Under the pieces are notes generated by a model, which did no database searches, was not told the DNA's origin, and saw only the letters and a list, made by a program, of their open reading frames with translations. From positions 32,001 through 96,000 of IMG/VR virus record IMGVR_UViG_3300025096_002712: a DNA stretch of 64,000 nucleotides. One strand, 5' to 3'. The stretch comes from a virus. Made by a program: the position numbers and the translations under genes. Below, in pieces: positions 28,827-39,369 of the stretch (position 1 is its first letter; the number at the start of each line of letters is the position of its first letter).

Positions 28827-30325
28827 GTAAGAAATTAGCAATATGTGTCCCACATTACAAAAGGGAAGAACATCTTAAAAAGTTTGTTCCACATATGGAT
28901 GAGTTTTTTAAAGATAAAGACATAGAATATAAAATATTTGTGGCCAATCAAGTTTATCCTGATTCGGTTAGTGGATTTAACAGAGGAACATCTAAGAATG
29001 TTGCTTTTGATGTTGCACAAAAGGAAGGTTATGATTATTTCTGTTTTCACGACATAGATATGTTACCTGAAGATGATACTTGTGATTATTCTTATCCTGA
29101 TAAAGTGGAACATTTAGCAGTTCATGTGGCACAATTTGATTACGGATTAAAATACCAAGAATATTTTGGTGGTTCTATTTTGTTTACCAAAGAACATTAT
29201 GAAAAAATAAATGGATATTCTAATGGATACTTTAATTGGGGAATGGAAGATGATGATTTATTTTACAGAACCAAGAAAAAGGGATTGGCAGAAGAAACAT
29301 TTATGAATCACGAATCAGATGAACCACGAAGTTTTTTAAGATTTAATGGTTTAAGTGATTATGTAAAAATAAGTCCAAATGATTCTATACGAGAAATTAC
29401 AAGTGGTAATTTCACGATGTCAGTTCTTGTTCGTGCTGAAGATAGATTTGATATACCAAAGTATTTGATTGGTGATATAGAAAATAGACAATTTATTCAT
29501 CAATATATTTTTGGACGACCAAGTTTTCAAATGGGATTAGGTTGGGATAATTCAGATGCATATTCATTTGGATTGTTTAACCAAAAGAACAATCATTCTT
29601 ATATGTGGATAAAAAGGCATCCCGATGTTTGGACTCATTTAATGGTTACAGTAGATGTTGATGAAAATGAAATGAGATTTTACCTAAATGGTAGAGAATC
29701 CGATTCACGATTTGGACATGGTTCACAATCACCATTAGGATTTGAATCACCATTAAAGAGATATGGTGGGAATCCATTTTATTTAGGAGTTGGTGATCCT
29801 AATAAAGAAGAATCTAATTTCTTTGCAGGTGATATTGCACAAGTATGTATTTGGAATAAAGTTTTTGATGAAGATAGAATTGAAGAATACTATTCTACTG
29901 ATTATCCGTTTGATGGAAATGATGTACAATTATATTATGATTTTTCAAAAATACAAGATGAGATAGTTTATGATTTAAGTGGTAATGGGAATCATGGTGT
30001 ATTAAATGGATGTTCAGTTGGATCAGAACCTATTAGTAAAATACAACATACAACATTACCATACAGAAGTAGACCAGGCAGATTCTTTTCACAAGAACAT
30101 AAACGAAATGATATGGTAGGTGGAAAATGGGTACATCAAAAAGATACAAGTGTGAATGAAAAACGATTTGTAGAGGAAGTTCAAGGTGGTTTAATTAGTA
30201 TAGATGAAGATGGACTTACAGATTTAAATTATAGTATTGTAAGAAAAGAAAAGTTATTCGGAACTTATCATGAAATAATAGATTTCAGATGTGAACAAGA
30301 TATACCAGACCATGTAGAGTTTTAA
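28823..30325 (+). CDS. GT7 with inserted LamG domain, copy 3
   Basis: FNRG, FHDID, NGYSNGYFNWGMEDDD, LamG WTHLMVTVD..FYLNG, DGLTDLNY. Confidence 0.9.
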   Translation: MSKKLAICVPHYKREEHLKKFVPHMDEFFKDKDIEYKIFVANQVYPDSVSGFNRGTSKNVAFDVAQKEGYDYFCFHDIDMLPEDDTCDYSYPDKVEHLAVHVAQFDYGLKYQEYFGGSILFTKEHYEKINGYSNGYFNWGMEDDDLFYRTKKKGLAEETFMNHESDEPRSFLRFNGLSDYVKISPNDSIREITSGNFTMSVLVRAEDRFDIPKYLIGDIENRQFIHQYIFGRPSFQMGLGWDNSDAYSFGLFNQKNNHSYMWIKRHPDVWTHLMVTVDVDENEMRFYLNGRESDSRFGHGSQSPLGFESPLKRYGGNPFYLGVGDPNKEESNFFAGDIAQVCIWNKVFDEDRIEEYYSTDYPFDGNDVQLYYDFSKIQDEIVYDLSGNGNHGVLNGCSVGSEPISKIQHTTLPYRSRPGRFFSQEHKRNDMVGGKWVHQKDTSVNEKRFVEEVQGGLISIDEDGLTDLNYSIVRKEKLFGTYHEIIDFRCEQDIPDHVEF

Positions 30326-32115
30326 TGAAACCAAACAAAGATTTACTTATTTCCATAACAAAGGGTAATGCTACCAAAGAAGAATACTCTGCTTATCAAA
30401 AAGAAAAACAAAGAAATAGTGATGATTTAAAAATTGATTTAACTACTTCTGTAATGGATAGAGAAAACTTTCATGGTGCTAAAAATGTCAAAGAAAATAT
30501 TTCTACTCATACAGTTAAGTCTGAAGTTATAAAAAACATTGGAAAACAGGATATATTAGTTACTCAAGTTCCTAATCTAAATGAAGCTGGATTTTTTGCA
30601 GGAATGGCAAATCTAATATCATATATTAGAGAAGAGGAAAAGGATATTAAAATAAAAGGATTTGATCCTTGTACTGATTATTTTTTCTCAAATGACATTG
30701 ATTTAAAATCTAATTTCTTTGCTGACTTTAATACTTACGCCAAACAAGGAACTGTTGATCTTAGCAAATACGAAGAATTAAATGAAATTATAAAGATATT
30801 TGAAAAATATATTAAATCTGTAGAACCTAAATTTATCGGGTTTGGTTTAATTGATGGTAATATTGATGCTTCACTATTTTTTGCAGAACATCTTAAATCG
30901 ATATTTCCAAACATTAAAATTATATTAGGTGGGTGTGGTGTTGGTTTGTTGGGAAGAAATGAAGATAATTTGAATTTGAGTGTTGCATCAAATCAATGTT
31001 ATGATATAAAAAAGTATTGGTTTATTGATTATATTATTAATGGAGATGGTGAAAAAACCTTGATAGAGTTATTTTATTCTAATTTTAAAAATTTAGAAAA
31101 AATAAAAGGGTTAGTTTGGAAAAAAAATGGTAAGAAATGGGTTATTAATCAAAAAAGGGATTTTACAGATTTAAATGTTTCCCCATCACCAGATTATAGT
31201 GATTTTCTTGAAAATCCATATTATAAAAAGTTTTATGATATAGCCATACCATTGACATTTTCAAGGGGATGTAATTTTAGATGTACTTTTTGTTCAGTTC
31301 CTACTTTTGTTCCAATATATAGACATAGACCAATAGAAAAATGTTTAGATGAAATAGGACATTGGATTGATTTACATAAAGAAAAATTTGAAGAAGTTGA
31401 TTGGTATCGTGTTGGTATGTTGGCACATGATTCTATAATGAATGGAAATCCTAAATGGTTATCGGATTTGTGTAATGGTATAATTGAAAGGGGATATGGT
31501 GATAAAATAACCTGGGGTGGTAATATTAGACTTATGAAACCGTTGGCAGATATTGATACATTAAGGTTATATAGTCGTGCCGGAATAGAATATATGGTAA
31601 CAGGTATGGAATCTGCTTCTGAAAGTGTTTTAAAACACATGAAGAAAAATAAGAATATGAAAATAGTAAGGAAAATATTTGAAAATATTAGACAGATTAA
31701 TAAAGAGGCGGGTAATAAAGAAAATGATAAAATAAGAGTTCAATTACAATTGATTGTTGGTTATTTAAACGAGTCAGAAGAAGATTTTCAAATGACACTT
31801 GATTTTATAGAAGAATTTCATGATGTGATATATGAAATATTAACTTGTTCTGTTTTTTCAATATGGTATCCGTTGAAGGCCCAATGGGAATCAGAGGGAG
31901 AATATTTAAAATATTATAGTCCAGTTGTTTGGGATACTAAGTATAATACTACTGCAGACAGAATAGAAAGGATTGATAGGATAGAAAAGTTATTTGATAA
32001 ACTTGGACTACAATATAATACATATCATCGAGGTCTCATGTTAGAAGAATATGAGAACTACCAAAGATTGACCAAACCCAAGTATATTAAATATACGATA
32101 GAAGATAAGGGTTAA
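30325..32115 (+). CDS. B12-binding radical SAM enzyme
   Basis: IILGG and INGDGE cobalamin-domain motifs; SRGCNFRCTFC; GMESAS. Confidence 0.85.
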   Translation: MKPNKDLLISITKGNATKEEYSAYQKEKQRNSDDLKIDLTTSVMDRENFHGAKNVKENISTHTVKSEVIKNIGKQDILVTQVPNLNEAGFFAGMANLISYIREEEKDIKIKGFDPCTDYFFSNDIDLKSNFFADFNTYAKQGTVDLSKYEELNEIIKIFEKYIKSVEPKFIGFGLIDGNIDASLFFAEHLKSIFPNIKIILGGCGVGLLGRNEDNLNLSVASNQCYDIKKYWFIDYIINGDGEKTLIELFYSNFKNLEKIKGLVWKKNGKKWVINQKRDFTDLNVSPSPDYSDFLENPYYKKFYDIAIPLTFSRGCNFRCTFCSVPTFVPIYRHRPIEKCLDEIGHWIDLHKEKFEEVDWYRVGMLAHDSIMNGNPKWLSDLCNGIIERGYGDKITWGGNIRLMKPLADIDTLRLYSRAGIEYMVTGMESASESVLKHMKKNKNMKIVRKIFENIRQINKEAGNKENDKIRVQLQLIVGYLNESEEDFQMTLDFIEEFHDVIYEILTCSVFSIWYPLKAQWESEGEYLKYYSPVVWDTKYNTTADRIERIDRIEKLFDKLGLQYNTYHRGLMLEEYENYQRLTKPKYIKYTIEDKG

Positions 32116-32117
32116 TA

Positions 32118-33407
32118 ATGTTAAGATTTGGTTATGATCAGTGGAATGAAGATACTTGGGAAATAATAGAACCTAATGGTTTAATAGGACAAGAAAGAGA
32201 ACCAGAAACTTTTAAGTTATATTTACCTCCGTGGTGGGGAAGAATTTTTAAGAGATATAATTTTCTATATGAAATTAAATCTTCTAAAGAATTAATAAAT
32301 TCTAATCACCAAGAAAAATGGATATATATGATAGAACCAAATGGAGATCCAAGAGGCTGGTTTGGACAATATACAGATGGAAATCCAAATCCAATTAAAT
32401 CATTGTTGGCTGGTGTTGATGAAAGAACATTACAGAGTTGTAGAGATGATAAATCAGTAATATGTTTGTGGCAACCAAATGAGGGATTTCCATCAGAATG
32501 GATTGGTATTAATGTATTTGAAGAAATATATAAAGAATTAAAGAGAACAAAAATATCACCTAAAAATTTTATATATGTAAGTTCTAATTGGAAAACTGAA
32601 ATAGAATATAAAAGATGGAAAGAACAATTAACTAAAGAATTTAATAATAGTGACGATATTTATTTATCTATTTTTAATAATGAAAGATTTATAGACTTTC
32701 GTAAAAAATGGAAACTTGCACGATTTAATAGTGAGTTAAAAAGAAAAAAACATTTTTTATGTTTTAATAGAGAGTTAAGACCACATAGAAAATTGTTATT
32801 AACAATGTTATTAGAAGAAAATCTTTTAGATTCAGGTATGGTTTCGAGTAAGAAATTTGATAAAGAAACTTTTTTTAGAGTTCCTAAAGAACTTTCTATT
32901 GGAAGTGGTATGATTAAACGGTTAGAAAAACAGGCCGATAAACTTGTGGAAATGACCCCGTTGGTAGTGGATGTTGAAGAATGGGACACTAATCATTTTG
33001 ATACTTCACCATCTTGGGTATATGATGAAACTTATTTTTCTGTAGTTACTACTACTTGGTTTGTAGAGGATACTATATTCTTTGATGAAAAAATTTGGAA
33101 ACCTATAGCAAACGAACATCCATTTTTAGTAGTTGGGAATTATAAAGTACTTGAAGAATTGAGGAGACAAGGATTTAAGACATTTCATCCTTTTATTGAT
33201 GAATCATATGATTTGGAACAGCATCCGTATAGAAGAATGAAAATGATTATAAAGGAAATTAAAAGATTATCTAATTTTACAATAGAAGAAATGAATGGGT
33301 GGTATAAACAATTGAAACCAATTGTTGAACATAACAATAAACAATTATATGAACTTGATTCACTAAATGAACTGCTGAAAAAATTTAAGGATATTACTGA
33401 GAAATAA
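32118..33407 (+). CDS. GT10 (alpha-1,3-fucosyltransferase)-like GT-B protein, paralog 1
   Basis: FLCFNRELRPHR; YFSVVT..FFDEKIWKPI..HPFLVVG; GFKTFHPFIDESYD. Confidence 0.55.
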   Translation: MLRFGYDQWNEDTWEIIEPNGLIGQEREPETFKLYLPPWWGRIFKRYNFLYEIKSSKELINSNHQEKWIYMIEPNGDPRGWFGQYTDGNPNPIKSLLAGVDERTLQSCRDDKSVICLWQPNEGFPSEWIGINVFEEIYKELKRTKISPKNFIYVSSNWKTEIEYKRWKEQLTKEFNNSDDIYLSIFNNERFIDFRKKWKLARFNSELKRKKHFLCFNRELRPHRKLLLTMLLEENLLDSGMVSSKKFDKETFFRVPKELSIGSGMIKRLEKQADKLVEMTPLVVDVEEWDTNHFDTSPSWVYDETYFSVVTTTWFVEDTIFFDEKIWKPIANEHPFLVVGNYKVLEELRRQGFKTFHPFIDESYDLEQHPYRRMKMIIKEIKRLSNFTIEEMNGWYKQLKPIVEHNNKQLYELDSLNELLKKFKDITEK

Positions 33408-33418
33408 TATTTATTAGT

Positions 33419-35389
33419 ATGAAAAAGAAAAATATATATTTTATAGAAGTTAATTCTGTATATTCTGGAATAGAAAAGAAAATTAAATTGCCTTATAGTA
33501 CAGGATTAATTTGGTCTTATTGTTCACAAAATAAAGAGATTAGAGATAATTATGAGTTTGCAGATTGGATATGTCACAGAGATGGTATAGATGAAATTTT
33601 TGATAGAATTAAAGAACCATCAATAGTTGGGTTTTCTTGTTTTACTTGGAATTGGAAATTTAATAAAATTTTAGCACAAAAAATAAAAGATAAATACCCA
33701 AATTGTTTAATAGTTTTTGGTGGAAAAGAACCGCCAAATGAACAATGGTTATTACAGAATCCAGAATGGTATAGGGATTATCCATATTTAGATATTATAG
33801 TTCATGGTGAGGGAGAATTAACTTTTGAAGAAATATTACTTGAAACTTTAAAAGATAGGCCAAATTATACAGGAGTTGCAGGATGTTCATTGATAACTAA
33901 TAATGGTCACTTAACAACTTTACCGAGACAGAGATTAACGGATATGAGTAAAACACCATCTCCGTATTTAAGTGGAATGTTTGATGAGATTTATGAAAAA
34001 TATAAAAAAGATGGATTTATATTTTCTGCAGTTCTTGAAACTGCCCGCGGGTGTCCATATTCTTGTACTTTTTGTGAGATAGGTGATTCTTATTATACCA
34101 AAGTAAAACAACAACCATTACAGCAAGTATTTGATGAGATAGAATGGATTGGTTCTCGTGGGATAGATTATATTGATGATGCCAATTCTAATTTTGGACT
34201 TTACTATGAGAGAGACATGGAAATAGCAAAATGGTTAGTTCATTGTAATGAAAAATATGGAAATCCCAAATTATGGAAAGTAGATTGGGCAAAGAGTAAA
34301 GCAGAAAAGTTATTTGATATTGCTAAAGTTCTTCATGATGGTGGGTTACATAAAGGTATGACTTTAGCAATGCAATCAATGGATGACCAAGTATTAAAGG
34401 CCGTCAAAAGAAAAAATCTTGTTGATGATTCAGATATGCAACGAATTACTAAGATGTATGAGGATGCGGGTATCTCAACTTATATAGAAATTATAATTGG
34501 TTTACCAGACGAGACATTAGAAAGTTTTAAGAAAGGTTTGTGTAGAACACTTGAAATAGGAGAACACAATCATATTGGGATGTATGTTTTAGTTGCACTT
34601 AGAAATACACCTTTCGGGGACGAAGAATATGTAAAGAAATATGAGTTAAAAACAAAAAGAATATTGGCACCAATAGCGAGATGGGTTGAGCCTCCTGATG
34701 GTATAAGAGAGGAAGCGGATTTGGTTATAGGACATAAAAATTTAACTACATCGGAATGGGTTGATATGTACTTATTTTCGTGGTTAGTTGCAAGCTGCCA
34801 CCACATGGGATTTACAGAAATGGTGGTCAGATTTTTGAGAGTTCATTATGATATAAGTTATGAAGAACTTTATAAAAAATTATTTGACTTTGTTATATCT
34901 CATCCAAAAACTATATTAGGAAAAGAGTTATTAGAAGTTAAAAATCATGTTATTAAAATTATTACAGAACCTGAACCTAAAACACAATGGGGTAGAACTT
35001 TGAAAGGATGGAGAGGTTTTGAAAACTTTCAGGGTGAAAAGGAAGAATTGTCATCACTTGTTTTTACAAAAAATAAAGATGTTTTTTATAGTGAATTTGG
35101 TGAGTTTATAAAAAATAACTTTGATATTAATAGGGATGTAATTAATGCATTAATAGATTTTCAAAAAATATCTATGATAGATCCACTTACCTATTATCCT
35201 ATAAAGACAGATGTTAAATATAATTTTATTGATGTAATACATAAAAATAAAAAATTGAAAATGGGGAAATATAAAGTTGAGTTAGATGCAAATAATTATG
35301 GTGGTGATTATTTTGAATATGGAACAGCATTATATTATACAAGAAGATTGGGGGCAGGTAGAACAAGAGTAAAGGATTATGCACAGTAG
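33419..35389 (+). CDS. B12-binding radical SAM enzyme (paralog of 52362)
   Basis: KLPYSTGLIW, IVFGG, HGEGE, RGCPYSCTFC, DANSNFG. Confidence 0.9.
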   Translation: MKKKNIYFIEVNSVYSGIEKKIKLPYSTGLIWSYCSQNKEIRDNYEFADWICHRDGIDEIFDRIKEPSIVGFSCFTWNWKFNKILAQKIKDKYPNCLIVFGGKEPPNEQWLLQNPEWYRDYPYLDIIVHGEGELTFEEILLETLKDRPNYTGVAGCSLITNNGHLTTLPRQRLTDMSKTPSPYLSGMFDEIYEKYKKDGFIFSAVLETARGCPYSCTFCEIGDSYYTKVKQQPLQQVFDEIEWIGSRGIDYIDDANSNFGLYYERDMEIAKWLVHCNEKYGNPKLWKVDWAKSKAEKLFDIAKVLHDGGLHKGMTLAMQSMDDQVLKAVKRKNLVDDSDMQRITKMYEDAGISTYIEIIIGLPDETLESFKKGLCRTLEIGEHNHIGMYVLVALRNTPFGDEEYVKKYELKTKRILAPIARWVEPPDGIREEADLVIGHKNLTTSEWVDMYLFSWLVASCHHMGFTEMVVRFLRVHYDISYEELYKKLFDFVISHPKTILGKELLEVKNHVIKIITEPEPKTQWGRTLKGWRGFENFQGEKEELSSLVFTKNKDVFYSEFGEFIKNNFDINRDVINALIDFQKISMIDPLTYYPIKTDVKYNFIDVIHKNKKLKMGKYKVELDANNYGGDYFEYGTALYYTRRLGAGRTRVKDYAQ

Positions 35390-36098
35390 TGAAATATTAG
35401 ACTTTTATAATACGAATGGTTTTTATGTTGAAAGGTTATTTTCTCGTAGTGAAATGGATAAGTACAGAGAAGAATCTGGTAGATTATTAGAACTTAGGGG
35501 AGAGGATGCTCGTCCATATGCATATCCACACGAAGATTCTAAATTATTTGATGATTTGTGGAAACATCCAAGAACTTTAGAAATACTAAAATTATTGATT
35601 GGTGGTGATGTGAGTGGATTACAGACCTGGATGTACTTTAAACCACCAGGTGAACTTGGTAGAGACATACACCAAAATATATTTTATACTCATACCAACA
35701 AAGGTGATATAATTAATGCCTCTTTGGCAATAGATGATGCTGATAGAGAAAATGGATGTTTGTATGCATATATAGGGTCCCATAAGGAGTGGTGTTTACC
35801 AATAGAAAAGGATGTAGAACGAATGAAAACAAATCCAGATGATTGGAGAAATGAAAGAGGTAAACCTTGTGTGATTCCTGGTGAATGGGTTGATGGAGTT
35901 TGGACGGAAAAATATGAAAAAAGGTATTTACCAATTAATAGTGGGGAGATAATATTTTTACATTCTCATGTACTTCACGGGTCAGATGATAATAATTCAA
36001 AGGACAAATGGAGAAGATCATTTCTTTGTGGTTATCTAAGAGAAGGGGCACATTTTAATTCAGGTGGTCAGATGAAACGTGTTGGTTTGTCGTTTTAA
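35379..36098 (+). CDS. PhyH-family Fe(II)/2OG dioxygenase
   Basis: YFKPPG, HQN, AIDDADRENGCL..GSHK, HSHVLHGS..N....RR. Confidence 0.85.
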   Translation: MHSSEILDFYNTNGFYVERLFSRSEMDKYREESGRLLELRGEDARPYAYPHEDSKLFDDLWKHPRTLEILKLLIGGDVSGLQTWMYFKPPGELGRDIHQNIFYTHTNKGDIINASLAIDDADRENGCLYAYIGSHKEWCLPIEKDVERMKTNPDDWRNERGKPCVIPGEWVDGVWTEKYEKRYLPINSGEIIFLHSHVLHGSDDNNSKDKWRRSFLCGYLREGAHFNSGGQMKRVGLSF

Positions 36099-36109
36099 AA
36101 GGAGTTGGA

Positions 36110-37069
36110 ATGATAAAACTTTATTATGATGATCCTTCAGGATGTGATAGAAATGGAGTAGAGTTGTGGCGTTATGTCGGTACAAAAAACGGAGATAAAG
36201 AAAACAGATTATCACCAAAAGAAATGAAAGATGCTATTACTAAAGATAATTTTAAGTTGGTAGTTGCATCTACAGATGGTATGGCAAGTAGATTAAAAAC
36301 TTGGGCTTCTGCATTAAGAATAGATTCAAATCCAAAAGTTTTTTGGTGGTTAAAATCTGCACTAAAAGAACATAAGTTTATTGAGTTATTTAAAGATAGT
36401 GAAATGGAAGTACAAACTCTACCACCAGATTTTGATTTTATTTTATATAGTGATGGATTCTTGTTGATATTACCAGAAGATGAACTTCCAATGGATTTTA
36501 CTAATGATAAATTATTTCAAAGAAGAAACGGATTTTATAATACAGATACCAAACAGAGAATAGATTGGGAGTTTGATAGAATACCAAGTCATCTTAAAGA
36601 AGAATATTCAAAAATGTTTTCAATAATAAAATCTCAAGTTAGAGATGATATTATATTAGAAGTGGATAATTTTTCTGAAAAGTTTAATGATAAAACTATT
36701 TCGATTCATATCAGAAGTGGAACTGGACATCCAATTGAAGGGATAGCACAAGAAGAAAGACGGGCATTTAAATTGGATGAAACTATAAAAGTAATGGAAT
36801 CGTATACAGATGATTATACATTTTTTGTTTCAACGGATGAATATATTGAACAAGGAAATAATAATATTTTAAGTACATTACGAGAAAAATTCGGTGATAG
36901 AATTTTATATCATAAAAAAGATTCATTGAGTGTTAGGGGGTCGTTAATAGATTTATTGTTACTATCAAAAAACACAACAATTATTGGTACATATTTTAGT
37001 AGCTTTACTGAGGTTTCGTGGTGGTTAGGTGGAGCCAAGGCTAAAGTAATTTTTCCAGGATGGGAATAG
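36110..37069 (+). CDS. GT11/GT23 (NodZ-like) fucosyltransferase-like protein
   Basis: TISIHIRSG, FFVSTD, IDLLLLSK..IIGTYFSSF motifs I-III. Confidence 0.7.
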   Translation: MIKLYYDDPSGCDRNGVELWRYVGTKNGDKENRLSPKEMKDAITKDNFKLVVASTDGMASRLKTWASALRIDSNPKVFWWLKSALKEHKFIELFKDSEMEVQTLPPDFDFILYSDGFLLILPEDELPMDFTNDKLFQRRNGFYNTDTKQRIDWEFDRIPSHLKEEYSKMFSIIKSQVRDDIILEVDNFSEKFNDKTISIHIRSGTGHPIEGIAQEERRAFKLDETIKVMESYTDDYTFFVSTDEYIEQGNNNILSTLREKFGDRILYHKKDSLSVRGSLIDLLLLSKNTTIIGTYFSSFTEVSWWLGGAKAKVIFPGWE

Positions 37070-37077
37070 GAGTTGAT

Positions 37078-38355
37078 ATGAATATAGGATTTATAGGATT
37101 GGGTAAACTTGGTTTACCTTGTGCATTAGCGATAGAATCGAGAGGTCATAAAGTAGTTGGTTATGATCCTTCTGAACAAGTTAAAGATATTATTGGTACG
37201 AAGAAATTACAATATCAAGAAATATGGGCACAAGAACATTTAGATAAAAGTAAGATAGAGATAAAATCAATACAAGATGTTGTTAGTGAATCTGATATCA
37301 TTTTTGTTCCAATTCAGACACCACATGGAAAGGAGTTCGAAGGAACTACACGAATACCAGATGAGAGAAAAGATTTTGATTATTCGCATTTGATACGGGG
37401 TATTAAAGATTTAGAAATCGAGATGTGGTATCAACAAACAAGAAAAGTTGTTATTATTATTTCTACGGTTTTACCTGGTACAATTCGTAAAGAAATTAAA
37501 CCACTTATAGACCATAATCCATATTTTAAATTATGTTATAATCCATTCTTTATAGCTATGGGAACTACTATGAGAGATTTTTTACATCCTGAGTTTATAT
37601 TGTTTGGTCAAGATGATGATTGGGCACTAAAAACTGCAAAGAAGTTTTACAAAACAATAACACATGCTCCTGTATTTGAAACCACAATAGAAAATGCAGA
37701 ATTAATTAAAGTGTGTTACAATACTTTTATTTCTACAAAATTATCTTTTACCAATACTGTTATGGAGATGTGTCATAAATTACCAAATACTAATTGTGAT
37801 GATGTTATGAATGCACTTGCACTTGGTAGTAAAAGAATACTTGCAGAATCATATTGGTCTGGTGGTATGGGTGATGGTGGTGGTTGTCATCCAAGAGATA
37901 ATATAGCATTGAGTTGGTTATCTAAAGAGTTGGATTTATCTCACGACTGGTTTGATAATATAATGATGCAGCGAGAAAAACAAACTGATTGGTTGGCAAA
38001 TTTAATAGAGGAAACTTCTTTTAAATATAAAGGTTGTTCTGATGGTTATCCAATTAAAATACTTGGGAAATCTTTTAAACCTGAGACCAATATTACAACA
38101 GGTAGTCCATCTATTTTATTGAAAAATATTTTAGAAGAAAGGGGACACGAGGTTGATATGTGGGATCCGTATGTTGATGATAGTGAGAATGAGTCTCAAC
38201 AAGAAGCACAAATATATTTTATTGGAACTAAACATCCCGATTTTACTTTTTATGAATACAATCAAGGTTCTATTATAATTGATCCTTGGCGATATATACC
38301 CAAACAAGATAATTGTGTGATTATTCATATAGGAGATAATTTAGGTGAAATATGA
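37078..38355 (+). CDS. UDP-glucose/GDP-mannose 6-dehydrogenase family (start probably 37078)
   Basis: GLGKLG Rossmann, STVLPGT, AELIKVCYN, catalytic GGGCHPRD, SFKPET; AGGAG SD before 37078. Confidence 0.9.
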   Translation: MNIGFIGLGKLGLPCALAIESRGHKVVGYDPSEQVKDIIGTKKLQYQEIWAQEHLDKSKIEIKSIQDVVSESDIIFVPIQTPHGKEFEGTTRIPDERKDFDYSHLIRGIKDLEIEMWYQQTRKVVIIISTVLPGTIRKEIKPLIDHNPYFKLCYNPFFIAMGTTMRDFLHPEFILFGQDDDWALKTAKKFYKTITHAPVFETTIENAELIKVCYNTFISTKLSFTNTVMEMCHKLPNTNCDDVMNALALGSKRILAESYWSGGMGDGGGCHPRDNIALSWLSKELDLSHDWFDNIMMQREKQTDWLANLIEETSFKYKGCSDGYPIKILGKSFKPETNITTGSPSILLKNILEERGHEVDMWDPYVDDSENESQQEAQIYFIGTKHPDFTFYEYNQGSIIIDPWRYIPKQDNCVIIHIGDNLGEI

Positions 38356-39268
38356 TATAATTTTTACAACACTTTTTTATCACAATCCCTTTATGGTAGT
38401 TCCTTGGGTAGAGTATCATAAGAAAATAGGAGTAGACCATTTTCTTTTGTATTATGATGGATTATTGGGAGATTTAAGTAAAAAATATCCAGATGTATAT
38501 GAAAAAATATTGGAATATTGTGATGAAGATATTGTTACTTTAATTGAATGGGATATACACGATTCAAACTCATGGAGAAATAATTTAAATGACGAATTGA
38601 ATGTAGTTGATATTGAGAATAGGTTATGGGAAAGGCATAGGTATCACCAATTCCATGATACATTGTGGAAGTATGGACACCATACTAAATGGGTTGGTAA
38701 TTTTGACCTTGATGAATTTTTTATAATGGAAAAATATTGTTCTATAAAAGAGTTTTTATCTGAATATGAAAAAGAGGAAGTTTCACATCTTAGGATGAAA
38801 AACAATTGGGCTTTATTGGATGGTATGAGTTCGTTGGACTATAAAAAATTTAATATAGAAGATTTTTTAAAGTGTGATACTTATGTCCAGAAAAGTATAG
38901 ATCAAAATGGCGAGATATTCAGTTTTTCAACATCAGAGGGTAAATATATTTATAATCCACGAAAGGTTATAGAATTGAGTAATCATCATGTTGAAAAATA
39001 TGAAGGTGAAATTATTTATTTGGATGAATCTGAAGCTTCTTATTTACATTATAAGAGAGAATGGGATGAAAATGATGATAGTAATTTGAGAAGGGATTAT
39101 ATGATAAAATGGCCAACTGGACATAAAAATGTATGGGGGCACCACATTAGTGATTCAAATTATGATATAGATGAATATATTTTTGGTAAGTGGGCATTAC
39201 TCAATGTAGGTGGAGATATAATAATTAATAATAGAATTAGAGATTTAATTAGAGGAAGTATAAAATGA
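38345..39268 (+). CDS. GT-A glycosyltransferase (GT92/DUF23 or GT2-like)
   Basis: WVEYHKKIGVDHFLLYYD, WVGNFDLDEFF, YLHY; GTG start. Confidence 0.75.
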   Translation: MKYDIIFTTLFYHNPFMVVPWVEYHKKIGVDHFLLYYDGLLGDLSKKYPDVYEKILEYCDEDIVTLIEWDIHDSNSWRNNLNDELNVVDIENRLWERHRYHQFHDTLWKYGHHTKWVGNFDLDEFFIMEKYCSIKEFLSEYEKEEVSHLRMKNNWALLDGMSSLDYKKFNIEDFLKCDTYVQKSIDQNGEIFSFSTSEGKYIYNPRKVIELSNHHVEKYEGEIIYLDESEASYLHYKREWDENDDSNLRRDYMIKWPTGHKNVWGHHISDSNYDIDEYIFGKWALLNVGGDIIINNRIRDLIRGSIK

Positions 39269-39369
39269 TAAAATGGATAAAATATCTGTGGTTTAAAGTA
39301 AAATCACATTATTTATATAAGAAGAAGATAAAGGCATTACGGAAAAAAGATCCATTTATTTACAAATGA
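39265..39369 (+). CDS. 34-aa basic micropeptide ending DPFIYK, absent from ORF track
   Basis: MIKWIKYLWFKVKSHYLYKKKIKALRKKDPFIYK*; ATGA overlaps with both neighbours; AGAGGA SD. Confidence 0.85.
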   Translation: MIKWIKYLWFKVKSHYLYKKKIKALRKKDPFIYK

